Positions 12,656-24,680 of a DNA stretch of 64,000 nt are shown here, in pieces (positions within the stretch are counted from its first letter, which is position 1; each line of letters opens with the position of its first letter). This stretch comes from Octopus sinensis (taxonomy: Eukaryota), in contig NC_043000.1 of NCBI RefSeq assembly GCF_006345805.1, forward strand, positions 63,674,001 to 63,738,000. Reading direction: 5' to 3'. Made by a program: the position numbers and the translations under genes. The notes beneath the pieces are model-generated. The model worked only from the letters and a program-made list of their open reading frames with translations, was not told where the DNA came from and did no database searches.

Positions 12656-12949
12656 TAATTTGAAGTTTCCCCTAGCCACCTGAACGTGGCTGGAGGGTAT
12701 ATCAGCCGAAACGTGTTAACAACAAACAAGGTGAGGACAAATATCCGTCAAATGTAAATAATGTAAATAATGAAATTGCTGTTATCCAAATATTTTGGCT
12801 GGTTGCTGCTGAGAAGCCTTTGGTCATAGATCTTCACAGTACAGGATGTGGGCGTAAGCTGTATAAGTTAATTATTAGGGCCCCGTTCTTTATAAGAGTT
12901 TCAATTTTAGTGAGACCTTTTCTTTTTTATTTTAATCGCGTTCTTTTGT

Positions 12950-13108
12950 TGTAAGAAGCTTGCTTCCTAACCACCCAATCACATGGTTACGGGTTCAGTA
13001 CCGCTGAGTGGCACCTTGAGCAAGTCTTTTACTATAGCCTCGGGCTGAATAAAGTCTTGTGAATGGATTTGGCAGGTGGAAACTGAAAGAAGCCCGTCAT
13101 ATATATAT
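12950..13108 (+). mobile_element. tRNA-derived SINE, family A (CORE-like CCTTGRGCAAGT segment)
   Basis: AAGAAGCTTGCTTCC...GGGTTCAGT...GGCACCTTGAGCAAGT...GGAAACTGAAAGAAGCCCGTC-TATA tail. Related copies at about 15395-15545, 22560-22650, 25530-25640, 27860-27970, 44800-44900 and 47750-47890. Confidence 0.8.
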
Positions 13109-13358
13109 ACTGGTTTCGGAAGGCCTGCACACGAAATGGGTACAGTCTCTTCTTCACACACAGAAAATAGGAAAAAGTATACTTTTCAATGACTGATGTA
13201 TTTTAGCTTAAACATATTTGATGATAGATTGGTCAATCAGGACTAACCGGGGGTTAAACATTAACTCTGCCAACGAAAAATAATGATTATTTTTATTTAT
13301 TTAATTTCTATTTATTTATCTATTAATCACTCTATCTATCTCTCTTTTTATCACTATG

Positions 13359-13399
<41 letters not shown>

Positions 13400-13417
13400 T
13401 GTGTGTGTGTGTGTGTA

Positions 13418-13912
13418 CAGGGTTATTCAAAAAGAAAGATTTTAAATTTATTTTTAAAACAAGCGGTAAGAGACACAAACACATTCTACACATTTCTTGA
13501 GAGGGAAAGGTTTAAAGCACCGATGCTTTTTCTTTTACAAATGCAAGCTTTTTCTGTGAAATTTTATGCCATTCGTAAATTTGTTTGTGACGAGGTGGAT
13601 TTTTATTGAATTGGTGGCGAAAATCACGTTGCACTTGCACAATCGATTCGCATTTCTCAAACTGCAGCACACAAAAAGACTTTCCTTGTGGCTTCGCCAT
13701 TTTCTAAAGAATTACACAAATGAAAATTATACAACTTTAAATAAAATGAAACATTAAAACAAAATTAGAATATTTTATTTACGGCTTAATTCAGTTGATC
13801 ATGTTCAGCTATAAACTTTAAACCTTCCTCAAGAAATATGTAGAATGTGTTTGTGTCTCTTACCGTTTGTTTTAAAAATAAATCTGAAATCTGCTCTTTC
13901 CTTTTGAATAAC

Positions 13913-13916
<4 letters not shown>
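13418..13916 (-). mobile_element. Short internally deleted Tc1/mariner element with about 95-bp TIRs and a transposase HTH N-terminus
   Basis: Left TA-CAGGGTTATTCAAAA...TTTAAAG is the reverse complement of right CTTTAAA...TTTTGAATAACCCTG. ORF 13512-13700 MAKPQGKSFCVLQFEKCESIVQVQRDFRHQFNKNPP..KQIYEWH resembles the DUF4817-type mariner HTH. Confidence 0.88.
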
Positions 13917-13998
<82 letters not shown>

Positions 13999-14191
13999 TG
14001 TGTGTCTGTGTGTGTGTCTGTGTGTGTGTGTGTGTGTATTAATAATCAAAGTGCAGAAATGGAGTATTCTGAACGAACAAGGTCATGTAATCCGGAAAAA
14101 AGGTAGGCTCCTGAGCACACTAGTTGTTTGAGAATGTATTACGCGGTGCAACATGACAGGACCTTCGATCCAAATCCCGCACAATACACAA

Positions 14192-14265
14192 CCAATCACA
14201 GCACAGTATTCAACTAATGTTCAAAACTCACATGATACGTAAAACGACCAATCATGGCAGATTGG
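14192..14265. promoter_or_regulatory. Cluster of three CCAATC boxes (possible NF-Y sites)
   Basis: AACCAATCA (14192), GACCAATCA (14248) and reverse GATTGGC (14261) in non-microsatellite sequence; no transcript evidence. Confidence 0.3.
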
Positions 14266-15699
14266 CGCGCTGGGCCTTTAAAAGGCTAATTGTTTTCAAT
14301 ATGACATAATAAAAATTGGTGTCGCTAGACTAGCGTAAGAATCGACCACAAAGAAGTTCCTGCGCTGTTTTGTTTGGTTTGTACATTGCCAACAGTTCTA
14401 AATAACTAACCTTGGATTATGTGATGGCATACAATCAACACCAAGATATATCTACCTATCCTCCACCTCCTTTTAGTAACATCACTGATTTTCTTTCACA
14501 GATAAACTCAATTTGAATTGTTTAATCAGACCTTATCTCCATAAGTCATGTCATTCAGATTCCCTTCCAGTTTTTTTTCTTTTTTGTGTGTGTGTGGGTG
14601 CTAATTATTTTTCTCCTCTAATCAGTAGGCAACGACAATTCAAAATAAATATTGATATCAAATTTTGGCACAAGACTAGCAATTTGGGAGCGGAGGGTTA
14701 AGTCGATTACATCGACCCCAGTGTTCAACTGGTAATTAGTTTATCGACCCCGGGAAGATGAAAGGCAAAGTCGACATCGGAAATTCAAAATAAATATTAG
14801 TAGCATAAATTTCTTTATATTGTTTCTATTCTTAATTCTAGAGGAACCTAGCAATAGTAATACTATTTATTGGTTAGTTGAAGCGAAAAAGAACCATGTC
14901 TTTTTCTCTGATGTGTCAAGAATGGCTTATACGTTTGATATATTATTTCAAGATCTATATGCTGTACTTTGATAAGGAAAATATGAGCAGAGAGAGAAGC
15001 CTAGGCGGATGCAGCTCTTAGGGAAGAGGTTTTGAACAAAGATTTACCACAGTGACAAAGCAAGGAATCAATAAGCGCATAAGGCAGAACACAGAATGTT
15101 CAAAGAATCTTAAAATGTTGTAGTATTGATGTGAGAGACTGAAAAATGTCACAGAACGTCGACAGGCCAGTGGTCGTAGAGTACTGTTGAGTGAGGTTTT
15201 GATTGTTTGGCAAACTTGAGTTATATTTTGGATTCAAGTGAAGCATATAACGTACTTAAGTAGAGTGAGACACCATCCTTGTTGTATAATCAGTCCTTAA
15301 TGGTAAGGCAAACTTGTAACTTGTACACAGCCATCAATGAAGATTTGTCTGATGCGTGTGTGTGCGTGAGTGTGTGTGTGAGTGGACGAAAGTATGGTTG
15401 GGTGTTTAAGAAACTGGTTTCGTAACCATGAGATCATGGGTTCGAGCCCACTGCAAGTGATTTACTCAAGCCTTGGACTAACCGAGGGTTTGTGAGTAAA
15501 TGCAGATGAACGGAAATTACGTAGAAATCCCTCAGACGGACAGCATCTATAATTCAAAAGTTCACCTTTAATTCGTGACTGTGGAATACTAAACCACTTT
15601 ACACGCTGAACCAATGAGTAGGTCATCAGTTGAAAGAACAGCGGAACGTGAGAGTTCACCATATATGTGTGTATGTATGCATGTATGTATGTGTGAGCC

Positions 15700-15759
<60 letters not shown>

Positions 15760-15840
15760 TGGCATATATGTGTATATATAAACATGTGAATCTTTGGCGA
15801 TTTTTTCCCTCCGTCTTCCCTTTCTATTGGACTTTCCCCT

Positions 15841-15875
15841 GTTTCTGAAGAAGAGCTTTGCTCGAAACGTTAAAC
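15841..15875 (+). ncRNA. Minimal type I hammerhead ribozyme (Penelope-type)
   Basis: GUUU-CUGAAGA-A-GAGC(UUU)GCUC-GAAAC-GUU-AAAC. Complete core, 4-bp stems I and II, AACGUU palindrome. Confidence 0.8.
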
Positions 15876-15952
15876 CACCTATTTTCCCTTCCTTGAGCGT
15901 CGGGTAATACTTTACATGTACCACGTCCGCGCGTTGTTGTTTTTGTGTTTGT

Positions 15953-16034
<82 letters not shown>

Positions 16035-16036
<2 letters not shown>

Positions 16037-16198
16037 ACAGGCTTCTTTCATTTTCCGTCTACCAAATCCACTCTCAAGGATCTGGTCGGTCCGAAGCTAT
16101 AAAAGAAGACGCTTATCCACGCTGTAATGCCATGGGATTGAACCCGAAACCATTTAGTTGAAAAGCAAGCTTTTTGCCACACAGCCACGTTTGCACCT
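16035..16198 (-). mobile_element. SINE family A copy
   Basis: Reverse complement of the family A consensus. Confidence 0.8.
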
Positions 16199-16224
16199 AT
16201 ACATATATATATATAATATATATA

Positions 16225-16911
<687 letters not shown>

Positions 16912-19519
16912 TATATACATAAACACATTTACAAATATACATATCAATTATTCCTCTGTCAGCAAATTCTCTCTCTCTCACTCAATCGCTCTCTCACTCT
17001 CTCTCTCTCTCTTACTCTTTCCCCCCTCTTCTCCTCTTTCACAGACTCACATTCTCTCTCACACACTAAACTACTGTTCCTTCTTTTCATCCATTGTAGT
17101 CTATTCTATTTGTGCATATATTTTCTTACTGTCAATAACATTTTTCTTTTTATCATTGTCTTTTAATCTGATATATTTGCTTAGAGTCGTTGACCTATGA
17201 CACATTTAATCGACCAATTTAATTGAAATAGCAACAAAAATCAATACAATTTTCAAATACACCATTTCTTCTATTGCTATGTGTTTGTGTGTGTACATAT
17301 AATGAAACTAAAACTATAGAATTATCTTCAATTAACTTTAATCTTGTGTAAAATTTGGCAATATATGAAGAAATAAAAGAAATAAAACACGAATTAATTA
17401 TCAAAAATAGAAATTATATTAAAAGTAATAATAATAATAACAACAACAACTATAACGACTTCTTAATATTAATGCAAGACGAATAAACAGGTAAAATCGC
17501 AAATATATATATATATATATACAAAGAGAGAGAATGGGAGAGAGACAGAGAGAGTGTGAGGATATATAAATATACGTAGATATAGAGAAATATAAAATAG
17601 TGTACCAATATAAATATGGATAAAAATACATGAATATATGTTAATAGATATCAATATAAGAATGGGTATAAATGCAAATACACATATACATACGCGCACA
17701 TAAAAACATGCACGCACGCACCCTAATATAAATATGACTAAAAGTACATAGAGTTTATGAAATTCCTTTGAGGTAGGAGAGTGTCATACTAAAACTCCAC
17801 CTGCCCACCCGACCGACCTCTATTCCACCTTCCAAGGTTAAACGTATAGGTCGCTAAAATTATCTACATCAAACTTGCAATTCCTGCACGTCTTGTATGT
17901 AAAAAAATATAATAGCTGTCTGAGGTTAACAGCTTTCAGATGATATTCCAAAACGATGATGGTTTTGTGCGAGAGTAAACGACCTTATCACACCCATAGT
18001 AGTCTCGTCCACGGCGATCTTTCACTGAAGTCACTGTAGTCGTATGAGGAGTTCTAGACTCTGGGTTATCTACTCTGCTTCCCTCCTGTGGGAAGGTCTT
18101 CCTTTTCCAGGTATTGTTGGTTTTGAACTGTAATTGATTTCTAAGTAGGAGTGTGGCCCGTATACAAACCCAAATCCTAGGTGGCCCTTATGAGTCTGGC
18201 TTCTATCCTTTGACCTGTTCAATATGGCAATCCCTACAAGGAGTATGCACTCTGCTAGCATAGCTCTTCTGAGTCGTTGGGATACACAAGCTAACACAGC
18301 ACAAGAAGAATATTGGAGTTTGTAATGGACAACCATAAGACAGAAGACAGAGAAACCGTTTAATTAGGCCAAAGAGTGAGCTTCTACTTAATCAATCGAC
18401 CTGTTTGGAAGGAGCAGTCAAGTCCCCCTTGAACCGCATTCTGTCATTTTAGAAAACATAATTAGGCAATGGGTAATGTCGGTGAAGATTTAACAGTCAG
18501 TAGAGTGCCAGGTAGAATGTCTTGCGTGATCCGCTCTCTGCACCTTATGTTCAAATTCCGCTGAGGTCAACTTTGCCTATCATCCTTTTGGGGTCAATAA
18601 ATAAAGTACCAGTCAAGTACTGGAGGTGAGTATTACAGACGGTGAGTTAGCAGAATCGTTAGAACATCGGACAGAATGATTTAAAATATTTGCTCCGGCT
18701 CTCTGCAAGGTCATTTTGTTTTTATCCTTTCGGAATCTATGGATAAAGTGCCTGTACTAGAATTGATTCTTCTCGCTTGAGAAAAAATAATGCAACGTAT
18801 TCGGACCTGGAGAGGGATAGAGTACACCAGATTTAAAATACTCATGATACACTGTGTGTAATGAGAGCTTTCCTACGACACCAAATACTGCAAATCTACT
18901 GTTCACCTGTACTACCAACCTATTCGTTGGATCCAGAAGCTCTAGACCTTTACTGTTACTTCTTCGAAACCACTGATCACAAGGAGCTCAGAGTTCGTAG
19001 ACTTGTATAATAAATGTGAAATGTTAGTGAATCAGATACCTTAGTCTTATTGAATGCTATCATACCTATATTAAGTAACTTAGAGTCGTTCAACATATAA
19101 GTTATAGAAACCGTGAGCTTTAAATAGAGGCAGACTGTATAGAATGGCAGAAATTGTAATAAGGAGATAACAGATACAGGACACAACTTGTTTTGTGTTT
19201 AGTTTGTTTTTAGAGTAAAGATTTAATAGAACTATGGCAGTTGTTAGTGAAAACGAGAAGACTATCGTTATTATTAACATATCGGTTTAAGGATGCGATA
19301 GGCAGAAATGTTTGCACGCCGGACAAAATGCTTAGCGATATTTCGTCTGTCTTTATGTTCTGAATTCAAATTTTACCAAGGTTGACTTTGCCTTTTATTC
19401 TTTCAAGGTCGATAAAATAAGTACCAGTCGAGAGACGGGAGTTCATGTAATATACAATCCCTTTCCCCTCAAAATGTCAGGCTTGTGCCTATAGTAGAAA
19501 GGATAGTTGACATATCAGT

Positions 19520-19690
19520 TTAAGGCGGCGAGCTGGTAGAACTGTTGGCACACCAGACCAAATGCTTAGCGGCATTTCGTCCGTCTTTACGTTCTGAGTT
19601 CAAATTCTGCAGAGGCCGATTTTACTTTTCGTCTTTTCTACTCCAATTCCCCTCAAACACTGTTGGCCCTGTGCCAAAATTTGAAGTTAT
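19520..19690 (+). mobile_element. tRNA-like SINE family B (GGCGGCGAGCTGGCAGAA...GTTCAAATTC...CCTTTCATCCTTTCGGGGTCGATAAA)
   Basis: Highly repeated in the window, e.g. about 14640-14780, 18490-18720, 19290-19500, 20880-21070, 21190-21310, 34955-35150, 37180-37270, 38200-38930, 39350-39560, 58925-59380 and 60740-60950. Confidence 0.75.
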
Positions 19691-20237
19691 TATCATATCA
19701 GTTTTGCCAGCTTGAAGAGACACCAGTTCGTACCCAGTCATCGGCTGTGCAATCTTCGTAGGAAAATCATTCATCTATGAAATTTATAGTGATGGTGGTA
19801 TTACCATGGTAGTAAATAAGTACAGTCAGGAAGTGCATGCAGTTCACCAAGGAGACGCTACAAAGTAGGTATGTAACTGATGATTATGTGTATGCCATAA
19901 TTGTTCATATCATCCCAAGGGACAAATTTGTGATATACAGCTATTCGCAACACACAGGGGGGGGGGGGTAAAAACTGAAATAAACGAAATAAGCTCTTGT
20001 GTAATACATCTATTAAGCATTATGCCCATTGAAAGACCTATTACGAAAGATTTTTTTCCCAATAAAATTATTGTAAACGTCGTAACTAAACCCACCTCCA
20101 AGGATACATTCAAGGTTAACATTCTGACAGTTATATTTTTACTGTAAATGATTATAAAATACTGAATATCAATATTTCCGTACCATAGAAATAAGTTGTG
20201 TTTTTTTTAATATAGTAAGTTAAAATTTATTACTTAA

Positions 20238-20400
20238 ATGTCAAAAATAAAATGGCAAGAAAAATATAAGAGCAAGATTAAGAAAGATAAATCAAAGACG
20301 AATCAAAGAATGCAGAGTTACGTCCCGTGTTACCTTGCAAGTGTGTGTGTCTATAAGCCAAGAAGGTCATCAGTGTTCTTCAAGGACGTCAGCTGCGAAG
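20238..20400 (+). CDS. Candidate first coding exon of an unidentified host gene
   Basis: ATG 20238, open frame MSKIKWQEKYKSKIKKDKSKTNQRMQSYVPCYLASVCVYKPRRSSVFFKDVSCE, then AAG|GTGAGA donor (phase 1). Unique sequence; no homology recognised. Confidence 0.3.
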
Positions 20401-22054
20401 GTGAGATGCGTTGAAGATTTCCTATAGAATGTGAAGGATATATACTTGTAATATCTTACCTATGACCCCCGCAAGCAAGTTATTCGCTTGGAATACCATA
20501 ATATCCGATATACACTGAATGTTTCCAAAAATATACAACAAATCTGTTAACACAATATCACTTACACTATGTCAATAAAGCGAAGCTTTACCGCTATTTC
20601 TCTTCTTTTTTTTTTTTTTTTGCACAATCAGGAAATATTTGACTGACAACTATGATAGTATTTTCAATAACATTTTCGATTGAAAGAAATCGATTTTCTA
20701 TTTTATTATTCTCCCCACATTATTCTACAAAATTCTATTCTTTATATTCTTAATTTATGATTTTCCTTTCTTTCGTTTTAGCTTTGTTGTTCTTGTGTGT
20801 GTAGTTATTGTTTTTATTTTTGTTGTTGTTTTTCCCTTTTATTTTTTTGTTATTTCCCGCAGGGTTGTTAAATATAGATTTCTAGCATTGGCACAAGGCC
20901 ATGTTTTGAAAACGGGTGTAGGCGAATACGTTGACACCCATACTTGACTGGTACTTTTGTTTTATCGATCCCGGAAAGATGAAAAGGCGGCGTTAACTCC
21001 GGTGAGATTTGAACCCAGAATGCAAAGAACCATAACAGAATACCACAAGGTATTTTATCCGACTCTTTAACAATTCTGCCAATCTACCACCAAATATATT
21101 GGTAAATGTATAAGCAAATTACGTAACCTTTTTTGTAATTTTTTTTAACTATTATAATTGTTATCTATATTGCACTAAGGTTGAACGCAGTGGATGGCTG
21201 TTAAATAGAACAACGATATTTAGTTTATCTCTTTATGTTCTGAGTTCAAATCTTGCCGAAGGTAAACTTTCATCGTTCTGGGTTTGATAAAATAAGCACC
21301 AGTATAGTCTTGTATGTTCTCGTACCATTCTTAGAAGTAATCGATACTGCTTTTAAAGTGATTGATAGTAGAGTCAGTAGAATGCCTCACAAATAGTATT
21401 CTGGTATTAAGTGGCATGCGGTTCTTCGCTTTTTAAGAAGTTAACATTGAGCTTCTTCTACACAGTCGCTTGGTGTGTTAGAAATAGCAGCTAAATCTTC
21501 CACGAATCGCAATATACTACCCTACCAAGACATGGGTGCATTGGTGACCCGTCTGACAATTCAACTCCATCTTCTGCAGATCTAAATTTTGCATCTTTAC
21601 TCTTGTTATCCCTCGTATGCTATCAAGCCTTCCTCTTGGCCTACATTATCTAACGTGGTCTTTCCTGCTTTTAAAACGCTCGAGTGTGATCTGAGGTAGA
21701 TTTGGTTGTCTTATTTACCTTTGGTTTGTCTCTAACGATGTTGTTGTTGTTGTTCGCTCCAAGTCAGTTTCTCTCTTTTTAAAGATAATAGGGTGAGATT
21801 GAATGGGACTTTTTTCATTATTTGTAGCAGGTCTCTCTGCGTGGCACCTTGTGCCAGTGTCTTCTACCATAGCTATAGGCCAAAGCGTTAGTCGAGTACA
21901 AAGCGCGAAGCGTAATATGAAATTAAATAAAAGTCAAAGAAACAGGAAATTATGCGATAAACTTCATTAGCTTACAGCTGTTTCTGCTATTAGATGCATC
22001 TTGTTTAATTATATGTGAGTGTGTGTACACACACACACATACGTACATAAATAA

Positions 22055-22169
<115 letters not shown>

Positions 22170-22204
22170 TGTAGATATGTATTTATGTATGTTAGTGTTT
22201 GCCC

Positions 22205-22400
22205 ACACAATCGCTTGACTACCAGTGTTGGTTTGTTTACATCCCGGTAATTTAGCAGTTCGGTAAAAGAAACCGATAGGAGATTACCATATATTTTTTA
22301 ATTGGGGTGCTGGGATCGTCTTATTCGATTAAAACTCTTCAAGGCGCTGCTCCAGCGTAGTCACCGCCCAATGACTGAAACAAATAAAAAAAAAAAGAAA
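22205..22400 (+). mobile_element. SINE-like repeat family C (CCAGTGTTGGTTTGTTTAC...CTCCAGC...AATGACTGAAAC)
   Basis: Recurs at about 8095-8190, 39815-40030, 41980-42510 (interrupted), 45000-45080, 55735-55915 and 60520-60700. Confidence 0.7.
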
Positions 22401-23619
22401 GATATTCTTTTACCTATTTCAGTCAGGCATTGGACAGCAGTAGCCACGCACAGAAAGATACGAGCGTGTACAACAGACTTCTGTACAATCTCCGTCAACC
22501 TAATTCATTGACAAATTATTGGTTGATAAGCGGCTACAAAAAAAAAAGATACCTACCTAAAGTGTCGACACACGACAGGACTGAAACCGAAACCATGTGG
22601 TTGAGAAGCAAACGTCTTAAGCACACAGCCTTACCTGCGCCTCTACTTATTTATGGCCAAAAATGGGAATCTATAACGTAATCTTCTGATCTACTTGTAA
22701 ATAATAGTCAAGCCTCAGTCAAATTATTCGCTACGTCTTAAAATAGGAAAGACACATTTCATAATAGGAACGTACAAAGCTGGCTGGGTTCTTAAGCTTC
22801 ATTTTGGTTTCTTGGTGTTGTTTACTTTTATAAGGTTGTTTAAGAGGTATGTATGCGTGCAATTCACTTTGGGTAAACTATATTTATAAGCTCCGAATGA
22901 TGCTGTCCATAATACGATAAATGAAATTAAGACGGAGTAGTTACGATTGAAATGCTTTCAATCAAAGCTCTTCTCTGCTATGTTTGATCTGAGACTAAAC
23001 AACTAAAATAACAGATAAAAATTAATCATGTGCAGTGGTGTCTATCTCTACTAATCTACAATTGTGCGGTCTTCTGTTAATCTTAGAAATCAAGTCACTG
23101 AGAGAATAACTTAAGTGATCACTCGTCTCATTAGAAATAGCAGTTAAATCTCTCTCAAATCACACACTATCGTATTAATGAAAAAAAGGATGCACTGGAC
23201 AACGTAGTTCTAAATGCACTGAAAAGCCTGAAAGATATTGACTGAAAATAAATATGTTTGGAACAATGACAGGATGGTCATGTCCGGAACACTTTTGCTC
23301 ATAGATCTATTCGTTCGTGGTTAACATTAGGCTTAACACAAACAGTAAATATTTTTCAATAAAGATGCCTATTTGTATAAATCTTTCTAGAATATTCGAT
23401 CCATAGATCCATGTGTAAACCACTAGTTACGTTTAACTCCAGGTTAGTTATGATTGAGAAGATGAACGATCAGAGAACTTACAGTCAAGAACATTACTTC
23501 TTTTTGTTGATGAAAAGACTAATCTTTTTAAGGTGGTTGGCTCTCATTTGATGTAATTTCCCCCCTATTTTTTTTTAGTTTGGAGTGCGACAGTCTACAA
23601 GCTCGAATGACAATGAGTA

Positions 23620-23910
23620 TTTATGCACTCTTGTTTCTGTAACTTCTTCTAGCGGTCCACAAGCTTGTTTAATCCATTGGAGAAGGTTTTCTGCTGGTCG
23701 CGCAGCCACTTATGCACCGTTTCCTGCGCTTCTTCGTCCGTAGCAAATCGTCGATTTCGTAAAGGATATTTGAGCGGTCCAAAGAGATGATAGTCGAAAA
23801 GGGCGAAATCTGGACAGTATGCAGGGTTTCCAGCAACTCGAAACCCAATTTTTTAATGTTTCAACGGTAAGGGTGGTCGTAAGTGGGCGTGCATTGTCAT
23901 GCAACAACAC
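23620..23910 (-). pseudogene. mariner (DD34D-type) transposase C-terminal fragment
   Basis: LLHDNARP, then after a frameshift KLGFELLE(H)PAYCPDFALFDYHLFGPLK...RRFATDEEAQETVHKWLRDQ (YSPDLAPSD-type motif). Confidence 0.88.
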
Positions 23911-24559
23911 TTACATTAACAATAGACCTCGGCGTTTGGTGCGAATTGCTAGCTTCCGTTTTTGACCAGCATTTCACTGTAGCTTACACTGGTGACTGTA
24001 GGCTCCTTTTCCAAATAATGTTCAGATATAGACTCATCTGCTTTATGCATTATCAAGAGTACATTTGAAACTCCTGATATAATTATTATTGTTATGAAGC
24101 ACTTTTTGAAGTTGTTCTATTATGTCAAAGTGAAGTCATTCATTAAGATTATACCTTGGCTCAGCTTGTTTTTGCATATTGTTAATGAAATATACTTGCA
24201 AAAATTTATTGTCTTCATTTTCTTGTGGTAAAATGCTACCAATTCGGTAGGAGAATTGAAAAATTCTGTTTCGACGTGAATTGTCTTTCTGTGGGTGTGT
24301 CGAAGTTTTTCGTTCCCCTGTCATGTTCTCGATGTGTATGCCGTGCGTCTCACTTCGCTGTCAGATTCTCTGCCTACCTCACGGAAGTTTGTATATTTAT
24401 ATCTAAACCGACAAACAAGAACAATACCGAATCCAGGTCACTCATTGCGCGAGTGGACTTGTGATGGCACTGAAAGGACCACAGGTCAAGTGGAACACCT
24501 ATTTGTCACGGTTCTGTTTGACGTTTGAATAGGCTGAATGTCCAAGGAGATTTGAAAGA

Positions 24560-24680
24560 TTCAGTTTCGAATCTGAACCGGGATGAGACTACTCCTACAG
24601 ATTTGCTGTCTTTACTTTCATTCTGACGGACCAACAAACAAACAAACAAACAGACAGAAATTCAATTATATATATATAAC
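24560..24680 (-). mobile_element. Possible 5' end of a non-autonomous Helitron-like element
   Basis: Minus strand reads TATATATATAATTGAATTTCTGTCTG(TTTG)n..GTCCGTC, resembling Helitron-N 5' ends from memory; no 3' CTAG/hairpin found. Confidence 0.3.

Larger units (their letters stand above)
12476..12772. repeat. Inverted-repeat (fold-back) element, about 100-bp arms, Penelope pLTR-like, with a tRNA-like spacer
   Basis: The reverse complement of 12476-12578 matches 12677-12772 (CAGCCGAAACGT..GTTAACAACAAACAAG.TGA.GACAAATATCCGTC.AATGTAAATAATGTAAATAATG). Confidence 0.9.
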
